Shown here piece after piece: positions 13,065 through 24,699 of a stretch of DNA of 64,000 bases. Positions within the stretch are counted from its first letter, which is position 1. Every line of letters begins with the position of its first letter. The notes under the pieces are model-generated. The model saw nothing but the letters and a program-made list of their open reading frames with translations. It did not search any database and was not told the origin of the DNA. The DNA is taken from positions 62,001 to 126,000 of the forward strand of contig NW_003314308.1 of the NCBI RefSeq assembly GCF_000143415.4. Direction: 5' to 3'. Origin of the DNA: Selaginella moellendorffii (lineage: Eukaryota > Plantae > Lycopodiophyta). Made by a program: the position numbers and the translations under genes.

Positions 13065-13625
13065 ATGGCCCTGGCTCCAGTTACCTGCATCGTTCTTGTG
13101 CTGCCATTCCTGGTGCTCGCAGCTGTCAATGCTACTCGCGTCGACAATGAAGCAGGTATATTGCAAATTTTCATTTGCGTAATGCTGAAAAGTGTTGTTC
13201 CACAGAAACGATCTTTGCGGGAGGGGTGGATGCGACACATGATCCACGATATGTGTCTACTATCCTGGAAAAAGAAGGTGCTGCAAATATATTCAACCCT
13301 GGCTGAGCTCTTCAAACTGTTGTTTCCATCATTTCTTTTGTGTGCAGCACTAAGCAGCGTTGTGGGCGAAACTTACTGTTGCCTCAAGAACGGATGGGGC
13401 TGCATGCAGGAGTGCGAGAAAGGCAAAGAGTACCAGTGCTGCCTCAGGAATGGGTTTGGGTGCATGCAGAACTGTGAGACATCCAAAAAGTACTCCTGCT
13501 GCCTCAAGAATGGATTCGGCTGCCTGTGGAAGTGCGAGGATGGTGTGGAGCACTACTGCTGCGAGCGGAATGGCTTTGGCTGCACCAAGATGTGTCCCAA
13601 AACAGTCACTACTGGCAACCTGTAA
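13065..13625 (+). CDS. secreted cysteine-rich tandem-repeat peptide precursor, copy B (146 aa; exons 13065-13155, 13206-13277, 13348-13625)
   Basis: Same exon structure as copy A, with an in-frame 12-nt (PFLV) difference in the signal peptide. All 16 repeat cysteines are conserved. Confidence 0.85.
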   Translation: MALAPVTCIVLVLPFLVLAAVNATRVDNEAGILQIFICVMLKSVVPQKRSLREGWMRHMIHDMCLLSWKKKVLQIYSTLAELFKLLFPSFLLCAALSSVVGETYCCLKNGWGCMQECEKGKEYQCCLRNGFGCMQNCETSKKYSCCLKNGFGCLWKCEDGVEHYCCERNGFGCTKMCPKTVTTGNL

Positions 13626-13884
13626 ACTGGATATGTACTGTGGCTCTGGATATGGATGTATGGGTTTGGCTGCCGCCAGAGTTTAAATAAAATGCTACTA
13701 TTATACGCAGAGCTCTCTTGGCTCCGCTCGTAGATCTCCCATCCTCAAAGCCAACCGATGCATTTTTTAATAGGAGGCACTAGTGCTGCCAATGAATGTT
13801 TTCGTTGGAATTGGGGCAGACGTGGCAAGGCCCATGCCTTTAAGGAGGCCTTTAAGGAATGTGTGGATGTCAACTTTGTACTGG

Positions 13885-14135
13885 GTGGCTCGTTTGTTCG
13901 TTTAAAGGACTAAAATCAAGATCCTTGACCATGTAGGTTTCGGGATTTCAAGCGGGTGGTGGCACATTATTGACTTCTACCAAGAGAGCGTGGTGGTGGC
14001 TCCAAAGTCTGAGGGGTCAAAGGATGACCACTTCTTGTAACCCCGTTCCTTCTTGCTCTACCAAAGTTATCCATCTGGAATATTGGACAAAGTGTTGAGA
14101 AGCAAGGCAAATTGTACGTCCCAGATCTATTCGGG
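13885..14135 (+). pseudogene. third degraded SCP/NIF phosphatase fragment
   Basis: gtttcgggatttcaagcgggtggtggca and ggctccaaagtctgaggggtcaaaggatgaccacttctt match the reverse complement of 395-530. Confidence 0.65.
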
Positions 14136-15184
14136 TTGTGTTTACTATGGTTACTTATGACTGCTGTGAGAGGAATGGCTTTGTCTGCCCCAAGATGTGT
14201 CCCTATGAAGAATGCCAGGAATAATTTGATCAGATTCCAGTATAGGATGTAGTTTGCTGGAACTCGCTACTTACAGCTCAGAACGGATATAGTGGTATGG
14301 CTGCCGCCTGAATTTGAATAACTAAAGCACTATTATATGAGTATGGACTATCTTTTTAAGTTGGAGGCACTAGTGATGTGAGAGGTGCTCGCTTTCCTTA
14401 AGGATATCCTAAGTACTCCCTGTGCCATAATTCTCTACCTCAAAAGCACACTTAGCTCAGAAAAGTGAAATCATTTATAAAGAGACTAGCTAAACTGCTG
14501 CGTAACCTTGTGTTATTGTGAAAGTTCTTGCTTTTTCGTCATGTTATGTACTATAATCGGTCTTCAATCTATTCTCGGGCTTTATGATTCCCATATTCTT
14601 GTCCTAGTATGGAGACCGTCTATGTGTAAAAGTTTTTAATATTTTCTTTGGGAAAATAAAAGAGTTTGAAACTTTTGTGTTTTTTGGGATAAAGTCTCGT
14701 ACTTATATTAGAGATGTCCCAACACTTATTAAAGTTTTCAACTAAAATTATAATATTGAATGTATTTCACTACAAAATTAAGCAAGCTAAATGCTGGGTA
14801 ACTGGAATAAAAGTTTTTGCTAGGATTGCATGTAGTAGCCACAGCTGAGCTCTGAGAATTACTTTAATTGGATAGTGTAAAGTTGTGATGAGTTCTGTAT
14901 AAATGTAGCACTTTCCTTGACGACTGGAAGATCAGATTCCAAGTCTTTAAAATTCTGAGAAGATCCTCGGCTTTTAGCTCCTGGACTTTCTTCAAGGCGT
15001 GTTCCTGGCTCAAATGGACGCGCTAAGATGTACAGTGTTTCTAGACAGCAATATAGGGACAGCACCGCCAGATCCTGGGGGCAAGCTCAGCCATCCAGGT
15101 AGTAGTAGGAACCGGCAGCCTTTTGTTCGCGATCTTTGGTGGAATCGAGCGTGTTGATCCGCGGCCTAAAGTTTGCTTGTTCTG

Positions 15185-15515
15185 CCACCGCAAGCCCCGA
15201 CCTCCGGGAGCCCGCATTTCCCATATGCCGTGATGAGCATCGTGCCCAGCGATCGAGCGCAGCGCTCAGTCATGACGATATGATTGTGAACCCTGCGATG
15301 ATTCGGCGCCGCCTTGAAGCTGATACAGCGCCGGAGCATACCTTCTAGGTCGCCGTCGTCGCCGCATTCCAGGATCGTTGTCGACGATCCCCGGATCGTA
15401 ATCTACCGATGCTGCGCCTTGGCCACAATCTCCCTCGTCTTTGGCCCACTGCCGGAAATCTCCTCCTAAGAACCCTAAACCCATCCCGCGCCGAGAATAT
15501 CCTTTTCCGTGCCTC
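15185..15515 (-). pseudogene. degraded 5' half of the PPR gene
   Basis: Direct-repeat similarity to ~6335-6830 with multiple deletions. The start ATG is lost. Confidence 0.8.
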
Positions 15516-15554
15516 CTCTCTGTTTTTAGGGCTTCCTAGGTCTTTCGTTGGGAA

Positions 15555-18500
15555 ATGGAGAAGCTGGTGGTTGCCGCGCTCGAGGAGATCGCAGCGGAAG
15601 GGCCTCGAGGTGAGCGCGATCCTCCGAAATATCGTTTCGCTTCTCTCTCGCGTGATTCCAATCGATTTTCTGCCCCGCAGGATGCGATCTTGCCAAGCTT
15701 TGGTCCCTGATCCAATGTGCTCCGGCGGCGGCGGCGCTTGGGGCCGATGTTCTCGACGATCACATCAAACAGGAGATCTGGAGGAGCTTGCTGCGGGTGC
15801 CGGGGTTGAGCATCACTGACGCGGCCGGGGGAGCCTGTGATTCCAGCTTGGTGGAGACGTTTGAAACGGCAGAGAGAATGGGAGTCGTCGCGGTGGCCTC
15901 GCAGGAGCTACGAGACGGGTGCTTGGGGCTATACGATATCAGCCATGCCGACACACAGCCTTCTCAAATCCAGCACGCCATTCTCGAGCGTCTGGCAAGT
16001 GCACGGTACTGCATTTTTTCTCTTTCGATTCTTCGTATCTCTTTTTTCTTCTGTTGTGAAAGAAGTTTTGGTTTTTGTTTCTTCTAGGACGAAAGGAGTG
16101 ACCCAGAACGAGCTTGGGAAAGAGTTCAAAGTGGAAGGAAACAAGCTCTTTTACATCCTCAGGAGTCTGGAAGTCAGAGGCCTCATAGTGAGGAAGTCGA
16201 TACTTTTGCGCAACAACAAGAAGAACAGCTCCATCGTTGTCACCAACCTTGTGCATCTCGCTCGGTATGCACTAAACATGTCCCTGAATTCACACCAGCG
16301 TCTAGAATCCAACACGGTTGAGGAGGCCGGGGAGGGCTCTCCCAATGGTGGAAAACAGTTGACGATAAACGATGATGTGCCGGCAATGAGAGCCATTTGT
16401 GAGAAGCTTCAGGAAGCTGATGGAAAGGTAATGATTTCATCACTTCTGTTTTGCCTGCGACTCTCACTGTTTCTCTCTTTTTTTTTCGAAGGTTCTTGTT
16501 GTGTCCGATCTGAAATTAACACTGGGGTACCGTTTGGCAGCTGGTCATCGTGCATGGCGACGAGTGGGTTACTATGTTTAAATTTCCTCCTTAGTGCTAA
16601 CTGTTTGCATTATTACAGCTTGTGAAGAGATTAGAAGAAGGCGGGTATGTTACTAATATTAAAGCAAAAATTGGTCGGAAGGTAAAGGGTGCTGTTTGCT
16701 ATGTTCTTGGGCTACTAACGTAAAAAACTCTTTTCAGGAGAAGCCTTGTCTCCAGCTGTTGAAGCCGTTTAATGACCTTGAGCAGCAGTCTCCTGCAGGC
16801 GATGGTGACATCGAGCTCAAGGGTCCGAAAAGAGGACAGGTTACACAACAACTTGTTGATCTTTCAGTTGATCAGCAGATCTACAACATGATTGACGATG
16901 AAGGTGCCGATGGTGTGACAATGATGGAGGTATTTTTCTCCTTGTCCGCTTCTATCTTGTTCTCAATAGTAACTTCAGGTATGGAAGCGGATTGGCTTAA
17001 ACAATAAGCGGAATTACTATCGCATCCAGAACATGACAGTGAAACATGGTCTTCTTTTTGAAGCTGAAAACCACAAGCGATCCACTATTTATCGGCTAAG
17101 AACCACAAAGAGAAAACGCAGTGACAGTGAGAACGAAAACGACGATGAACCCAGAGAAACTGGTGCCGATCCCGATTCATTATTCAAAATGGAAGTTGAA
17201 GAAGATGCCAATGCCGTTGTGGCATCTCTCCAACAAGAGGGAGCAGCGAGTACAAGCAGTCCAGCTGACCAGACGGCTCCAGCTGCTGCATTTCCTCCTC
17301 CATCGCTCTTCCGGAAAGGACAGGCATATCCTTGTCTCACCGTTACAACTACAAGTATTCAGCGAGAGAAACATATCTTGGCGCGGTTACAGGAAGAAAA
17401 GTTTCTCGTGCGAGCTGAGCTGCATAGGTGGCTGGAGAGCATAAGCTCTCAAAAGACCACTATGGACCGTAAAACGCTGATTCGGACACTTGAGAAGCTG
17501 CAGAGTGAAGGGAAATGCAAGTGCGTCACGCTCGAAATCCCAGGGACAACAAACTGTGGCCGCAAACGCAAGGCAGACATCGTCTTGCTTCCGTCAGTAG
17601 ACCTGGACTTCGACCTTTTGAACGCGATTCATGAGCGCATCCGAAAAGCTGAGACCGACAATCGACTCCAGGGACGAGAGAAAAGCGCAGCGGCAGGCTC
17701 GACAGCGGTTGTAGTGACGGGGTTGAAGAGAATGAAGTTGGAACACAGGAAGCCTCTTCTTGACCCAAGCACGAAGCCGGTGGCACTTCAAGAAAATGGC
17801 TATATTCCTGCTAAGATGGTTCGTGTCCGTATGCTGCACCATTTTCTCTGGAGCTACACTAACAATCAGCACATTGGGAATGGGTACAGAATTTTCGGCT
17901 TAACGGACGCTTTGCTGACGATGCCACTGGAATTGTTCTTACAAGTGGTTGGTTCGAGCAGGTCCATCAATAACTTGGCCGAGCGCTGTAAGCAAGGTAC
18001 GCGTATCTGTGAACTTTCTCCAACCGAGCAGGCCGCTCTTCTTGATTCTACGGCTGGGGGACGGCTGGCTTGGCTGGTGGACGTACTTCGCCGGCTCAAG
18101 GTCAGTAGTTCTTCAGCTGGTTCCATACAGATTTTTCGAACCATGTTGGTTAAATTGTTCTTTTTCTTTTCTGTTTAGCTTCTCCGCTTCGCGCTCGACT
18201 GCCCGGTTTCTCCGCAAGCCACAGGTCAATTTGGTAGCATAACCCTGATGGAAGCCACTGTATCCTACGCGATGGAGGAGCAAATATATATTCAGGAGCC
18301 TCCTCCACCCCCACTTCATGCCTGGACGAGTAAAACTGCACCTGATTCCTTGACTCAACACAATTTCGACATTGTTTCTGAAGGACAACTCGAAAAATAC
18401 TGGGAGTTTTTGGAATATTTCTACTCGGGGGCAGACCCATCCATTGCTCGACATGCTTTTCCGGGATCAAACGTTCCTGAAGTGAGTATGCAAGGTTTAC

Positions 18501-21247
18501 ATCTTCAGTCACTTACATGTTTTGCTGGATTGACAGGTATTTGGTTTGAGATCCTGGACATCGCTACGTGTGATGACTATGGACCAGCGCAACGAGCTTT
18601 TCAAGCGACTGAACGATGTAGAACGTTTGTCAGTGAAGGAGTGCGCTCAGGTTTCAAAGGATTTGAACCTTACGCTCCAGCAGGTTCGTTACTGTGCTTC
18701 AAAGGCATTACTTCAAGGAAATAATTTCAGGTCCTGCGGTACTCGTATGAGAAAAACCGGAGACTACGATTACAATCTTTAAAGGCTGCCGACGACTTCA
18801 TGGAAGTGTTCAGGAACATTTCAGATTTGCCTGGTGAAACTTTCCCTTCCAAAGACGTTACGAAACAGATCACAGAAGTTGCAAACGACGACGCGAGTGG
18901 TGGAGACGAAATTGATGACAATGGCAACCATGGCAATCATATCAGTGTTAACAAGTTAAAACCAGCGAGGTCGAGATTTCCTTGGTCTGATAGCGTGGAC
19001 AGGTACGTACTGTTTTTGTATTTTATTAATGTGTGTTGATTTATTGTTTTCTATTCTGTAGGGTGGTTGCCTTCGCATACGCAAAGCACCGGGCACTTAC
19101 AATGAATCGTATAATCTGGAAAGAAGTGAAAGATCTTCCTGCACCTCCAATGACGTGTCGCAGGCGGATATCACAATTGAAGACTGAACCTACTGTAAAG
19201 AAGGCGCTTTTCAACCTTTGTTCGCTACTAGCTGCTCGTTACGATCGATACTGCAGTCTCGAAGACCAGGAAGGTGGAGGCGGAGGCTTCGAATATGATC
19301 CAGAGGGATGTGACATGACCGGGTTCAAAGAGGCAGAGAGTCGTCGCTATTCTGAATACTACTGGGATAATCCAAGGGATCCTGCGGTGGCTTCTGCGCT
19401 GGACGAGTTTATCAGGTGCAAGAATCTCTCGCGCTCAGCTGTTAACAGGCAGATCCCAAAGAAGGGTGTTACGGGGTCGGGCAGCAACGCGCTTGCAAAC
19501 AGCATAGAGCCACACCGGCTTTTGAAGACACAAGGGGTGGCAACAAAAGTTTCGGTAAAGAAACGGGCCAAACGAGCAGCGAAAAGAAGGCCAGCTTCTC
19601 TTCAGATTGCGAATCCCGAGCAAGTTGTTCGTGCGTCTCTTGGAGCTGCAAATGCCGTGGAGTTGATCAAGCTCATCTTTCTCAACTCGTATGTCAGCGA
19701 CGGTCGTGTACAAGTGCCGAAGGCTTTTGTAGACGGCCTCCATCAGTTCAGACACTCGGATGTACATGCAGCGTTTAGTTTCCTGAAGGACCGAACCATG
19801 GTGGTAAGTGAGCTTCCAAATATTGCATTCGTTCGTTTGTGACGGACACTAACTTCCGCTGGCAGACTTCCGGCGGTGGTGAACTCTCATTTTCGTTGTC
19901 AGAAGAGTTCAACGCGAATGCCTTCTCAAGTCCTCTTCCGAGTACGACCTTCCACGAGTTCATGGCCTTCTCCGAGTGGTTTCAGCAGCACGAGGGAGAG
20001 CTAGATCAAGGCTGGGTTCCGTACGATTTGGAAGAAAATTATGGACAGCTTGTACACCTCCTTGGAAGGGTGACAGCCGGTGAGCTACGACTAATGCCAA
20101 GACTTCCGCGGGATGGAATTGGTGAAAGCGATGATCCTAGAACCATTGGATGCTGTATAAAGAGAAGGTTTGACAGTGCGGAGGCTGAACTGGAAGACTG
20201 TACTGCCAAGGCGAGATTAAGGGGTCTTGGGGGGCAGGATTACTTTCAAGCGGCTCGTCGCGAGAGAGGCTTTCCAGATATTCAGACTCTGGTACACCGC
20301 GAGGCTTTTACTACACCAAGTTTGCTGCACTCGCTGAGCATCGAAGAGGACAATATTCTGATAGATTTCCCGTCTCACACCGAAGAAGGGGAACAATACC
20401 ACGACGATGCAGGCAGCCTCTGCGAACCTGAGACTTCGGAAGCAGCAATGCGAGCAATCCAAGACGGTGGTGAGGAAGGCCTCAGTATGGAAGAGCTAGG
20501 GACGCGCTTGGGATTGTCCGGTAGGCCATTCACTGTCGTGCTTGAGCGTCTTAATGGTGACACTGTTGCCTTGTGGCTTTTAGGAAACCCGCGTGATATG
20601 TCTCGAGCCGAGCAGTACGTTAAGGAGCTGGAGTGGTCAGGTCGCGTGAGACGGGTATACTGATTAGAGGTTTAGTTTGAAGTTTTATTAAGAACTATCT
20701 CCCTACAGGTGAATGCTTTTGACCACGTCCGTGCGGTAGTGCAGCCTCACTCAAGGCGTTACAATCTTCGATTTCCGAGCACGACAGAAGCAGAAGGAGA
20801 GGATGCGGAGACGGAAAACACTCAACCGATCCTTCCCTGGTTCACTTCCCAAGGGACTGTCAACACAAGCGTTTTGACGGATTTGAGTCGCCGTGTTATA
20901 GGCATTGTCATGGCCAGTCCTGGCATTTCCGAGGTAAGAGTTTTGTGTCAGCCAGCCCAACGCATCAATCTGTTCTGTGCTGCAGGAGAATCTCCTTCGG
21001 CAGATGGACGTGTTGAATCCACAGGTTGGTGACAAGAAGGTTTGGTAAGTTTGCTAATTGGTTCAAGTGTCGCTTGCAGACTGCTCGGGAACTGGTCAAC
21101 TTGCTTCTTGTGGATGGTAAGATCGTTATGAGAAGCTCGACGTTGGAAGCAGTGGCTCCTCCTCCTTTGCTGGGCAACCTCACCACCAAGAGATGTCACA
21201 AAGTAGTACATTATTATGTAAATAGTCTGGACACTCTGGCCGTTTAG
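15555..21247 (+). CDS. GTF3C1: general transcription factor IIIC B-block-binding subunit (GTF3C1/Tfc3-like), multi-exon
   Basis: Exons read MEKLVVAALEEIAAEGLE, IWRSLLRVPGL, LERLASARTKGVTQNELGKEFKVEGNKLFYILRSLEVRGLI, TMDRKTLIRTL and ENGYIPAKMVRVRMLHHFLW, matching plant TFIIIC tau-B subunits. Introns are short GT-AG. Confidence 0.85.
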
Positions 21248-21485
21248 TATGTATAAATCACGAAGAATAAATGGTAAAGTTAAACCATATTAAAACTTTC
21301 ATTCCATAACCTTCTTAGGTACTATGTAGCCATTCCCTCGAAGCATCCCATAGCTTTCCAGCGAAGATCTTTCATCGCAGCCATCCACATCCCAATGCAA
21401 GTATCTACGATAATCGATCCATCTTAGTGGGAAGCCAGCAAACCTTCTCACAGACGTCATTAGAGGAGAGGGCCCAGCGACATGG

Positions 21486-21985
21486 CTAGTGATATTGCAA
21501 GCTTTTTTTGCAGTACGCTTGAAAGAAGCATCCTCCTCGGTGATGAAGTCACTGGACAAGTGAGCGCGATGGAGGGTAAACGAGAATCGATGCCATATCC
21601 GGGACACCGTCTCACTTAGATCCCAGCGGGGTCTCCAAGAGTAGTCCTCGTATGCTCGGGAGATTTTACGCCGTTGCGAGTCGAAGTGCTGAGAAACGAA
21701 GAAACGAAACTTTAGATCGGCAATATCATCACAACACATAGGTACCTGTGAGCTCTGGGTGGACCTTTGGAAACTGTGTAGAGAGATGTGGATCTTCAAG
21801 AAGAACGTTTCACCAAAGTCTCAGTGCCCGAGAGAAGGAAACAGGAGAGAAACTTTGGTAAGAAGGTGAAAACGCCAGCAGAGGCTATGATGGAAACTTT
21901 TCTGCCAAAATCCTGCAAAACTTCGTGTAAATTCTTCTCTTTAGAAATTAAGCAATTCTTCCAAAGACCGGAAACAATGCTTTGC
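21486..21985 (-). pseudogene. degraded duplicate of the BRCC45 3' exons
   Basis: Direct repeat of ~30710-31320 (DFGRKVSIIASAGVFTFL; HFDSQ..ISRAYEDYSW.PRWD.SE) with indels. Confidence 0.85.
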
Positions 21986-22516
21986 CTATGGGCCAAGAAA
22001 TCAAATAAGTAGGCCCCCATTTCGGAGCAGACACCCTTGCACCTGGCCGACCCCGAGACGTTCACGAAACCAGGAGCTCAAAGATCCATTGCCGCTGGAC
22101 CCCTCGTCTGCGTCACATCTCCAATGAGTGAATCTGCGAATCTCTCCATCTTACCTCACGAATGCCTAGAGCACGCCCACATTCCCGCACTCACTCTTGG
22201 CATCACATTTGTATCTTTTCTTGCCTCGTCCATTAGCAAGCTAAGCTGTACCAAATATCAACGAACCAAAAGCATGTCCCGAGTTTGATATCCGACAGCC
22301 GGCAGACTTAGCATTTTAGCATTCTCCCATGGCTTCTTCTCCCATGCGGATCGGTGCCGCCTCTTTTCGAGAATTCGAAGTTTTCGAGGGAATAAAACAC
22401 TTCTGTCCTTGGTGAAGTGGCGGAACACTTTTAAAGTTTTACTAAAAAAAACATTTATTGTATTAATCCATATAATCAAATGCAAATAAATCTAAACCAA
22501 ACATTTTATTCATAAA

Positions 22517-23746
22517 TCAAGCTTTTATGACTTTCTTCACCAAATCAACGCTTTTGGCTTTTCGTTGGTTGGCATGTTTTATAAGAGCCGGCAGCTCCCA
22601 GTCCAAAACCCTGTCACCAAATATAACTCTGGCAATACCTTTCACAATAGTTAGTTCCTCTTTGAGTGCCTGTCCTTCAGCAATGGGATACTTGTTCATG
22701 TTGAATGCATTCTTTCTAAATGTGGCAGTTCCCACAAGTACATTGGTCGCGATTTTAAATTCTGGAACGTATTCAATTTTTCTTGCTGCCTTTGATGCAT
22801 TGACTGCTGCTGCACTCATGTTGCCATTCATTTCTTTGGTTAAACTGTCCAGCAAATCCTTGTCACTTAATGACTTGGGATAACGCTTCTCCATATTTTT
22901 TACCTCTTCAGTTTTACCCTTCTGCTTGAGATAAGCAATCTTCAATTCCACGTGCTTCCTAAACTCTGGAATACCTGAAAGCTTCTTCTCCTTACTTATC
23001 AAAAACCCAATAGGATCAATCACTGCACACCCAACCCATTCAATTCCCATGACCACAACATAAAACTTCTTAAACCTGTGGCGTTTGATGTTGTCTACCA
23101 AGGATCCAACCCCATAGTTCAAACCTTGGTAGAGGCCAAATGTCCACTTTTGGTTGCCTTTCATCTCAAAGATGGATCTTCCGGCAACTTGATTGTTGTC
23201 ATATGTAACAAGTCCTCGTACATCAACTGCCTCACGACCCTTTAGATGAGTTCCATCTTCGTGAATGAAGGTGTCACCTGTGAAACTAAATCCCGATCGA
23301 TCTGACTCTCTAGATGAATTCGAAGCCCGTGATCCTGGTCGAGATGGATCTGGTACCTCTTCAAGCGCATCAGTAATAGAGCTCATATCAAAACTAGATA
23401 CAGCATCTTTCTTCATGTTCTTCATGTCCTCACCGTCAAGTAGTTCACCTTTCTTGGGAGCCAAACCGGCAAAGACAGGAAACATGGCACAAGCTACTGG
23501 CCTGTACTGCACTTCGGTCAAATTGGGCCTGCGTGCGTAGCATTCTCCAAACTTTTGCATCTCCAGAATGACTTCCTCCAGCAGGTAACTGGAGACTTGT
23601 TTGTCGAACTTTGTAAGCTTTCCATCTTCAAATTTTGTTATTTTACCTTCCTTCACTTGAACAAATGGATTGCACAGCTTGAAGATGTTCTCATCCTGCA
23701 TGGCGTTGGATGCAATATCAGATGCATTGATGATTTTCCTAGCCAT
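22517..23746 (-). CDS. intronless orphan protein (~409 aa from MARKIIN; frame open to 23980) with a putative PD-(D/E)xK nuclease domain
   Basis: Long uninterrupted ORF with an ATG in good context (aagATGg) and AATAAA just after the stop. Motif order is VDV...FEMK...GLYQGLNY...MGIEW. The function is inferred. Confidence 0.7.
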   Translation of the reverse strand: MARKIINASDIASNAMQDENIFKLCNPFVQVKEGKITKFEDGKLTKFDKQVSSYLLEEVILEMQKFGECYARRPNLTEVQYRPVACAMFPVFAGLAPKKGELLDGEDMKNMKKDAVSSFDMSSITDALEEVPDPSRPGSRASNSSRESDRSGFSFTGDTFIHEDGTHLKGREAVDVRGLVTYDNNQVAGRSIFEMKGNQKWTFGLYQGLNYGVGSLVDNIKRHRFKKFYVVVMGIEWVGCAVIDPIGFLISKEKKLSGIPEFRKHVELKIAYLKQKGKTEEVKNMEKRYPKSLSDKDLLDSLTKEMNGNMSAAAVNASKAARKIEYVPEFKIATNVLVGTATFRKNAFNMNKYPIAEGQALKEELTIVKGIARVIFGDRVLDWELPALIKHANQRKAKSVDLVKKVIKA

Positions 23747-24699
23747 CTTGCTTCTCCTTGCTCTCCTGGTACACGGCTGAAATGCCTTCAATTCTGCGCC
23801 ATTTAATAGCCTGACTTCCTTTCCGTGATGAACTTCTCTTCTGTACTGTAAAGCACTTGGACTTATGTGCCCACAAGAAAAAGTCTCCTGATTGTGCGCA
23901 AATTCAATATGTCCAGTGATCATTTCTGGATTGAATGCAAATTCAGTGAATGGGCCTGGACATTTCCCAATTGTCTGCAAATTATAGCAATCATATCTGG
24001 GTTGTATACAAATTCAAGTCACCTGGAGACACGTCATTGAATAGAAAATATCTCATTATAAAAGGTCTTCCACGCCATGTTGTCCTGGCACAACTCACAC
24101 ACTGCCGTGTTTACATAATTTATGTAAGTGGCAACCAAAAGTGCAAATCAGCCACAAACTCAAAGAAGATTGCTGAAAGAAACAGCAAAAAAAAAAACAA
24201 ACCATTCCCCAAGACTGGAATTCCTAGCATATGCCAGCTAAAATCATTCCACACTTCTTCATTAGATTATAAATTGACCAAAATGCTTAGGAGTAGGTGG
24301 AAAGTTCAAGGTTAAGAGTCTTTTCGAGCAAATTTTCCTAGAAGGCACAGTATATGTCTGGTGCCACGCCAATGATTTGACGAGTATACGCACATTTCTG
24401 TACAAACACAAGTTTGTTTTTGTGATTTAGGGTTTGGACTGAAGGCTTGAAAGAAATAGTAAATGAACAACCTAGAAAGGAACTTTTTTTGTTTGATTCA
24501 AATGCTAACAATTGTCATCTTGGTAGCTCTTGGTGTTATTGCATTGCATGATTATTACAATGTGTAGGTGTATTGAAACACTCAAGGCTAGAAGTGGTGG
24601 TGCTCCAAATAAAACTTTGGTTTGGTTTAGAGGAACTCCAAATGGTTATTTCAATGGTTTTGCATGATGTAGGAATTAGCCTGAAAAGTTTCAAAGTTG

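Larger units (their letters stand above)
11745..14805. repeat. right arm of inverted segmental duplication
   Basis: Reverse complement of 2830-6027. Confidence 0.9.

Noticed and set aside
21340-21420. Minus-strand IIVDTCIGMWMAAM..WKAMGCFE, loosely like a methyltransferase motif next to the nuclease-like ORF
   Set aside because: Too short, closed by stops, and lacks the FxGxG consensus; no basis for a restriction-modification-like pair.
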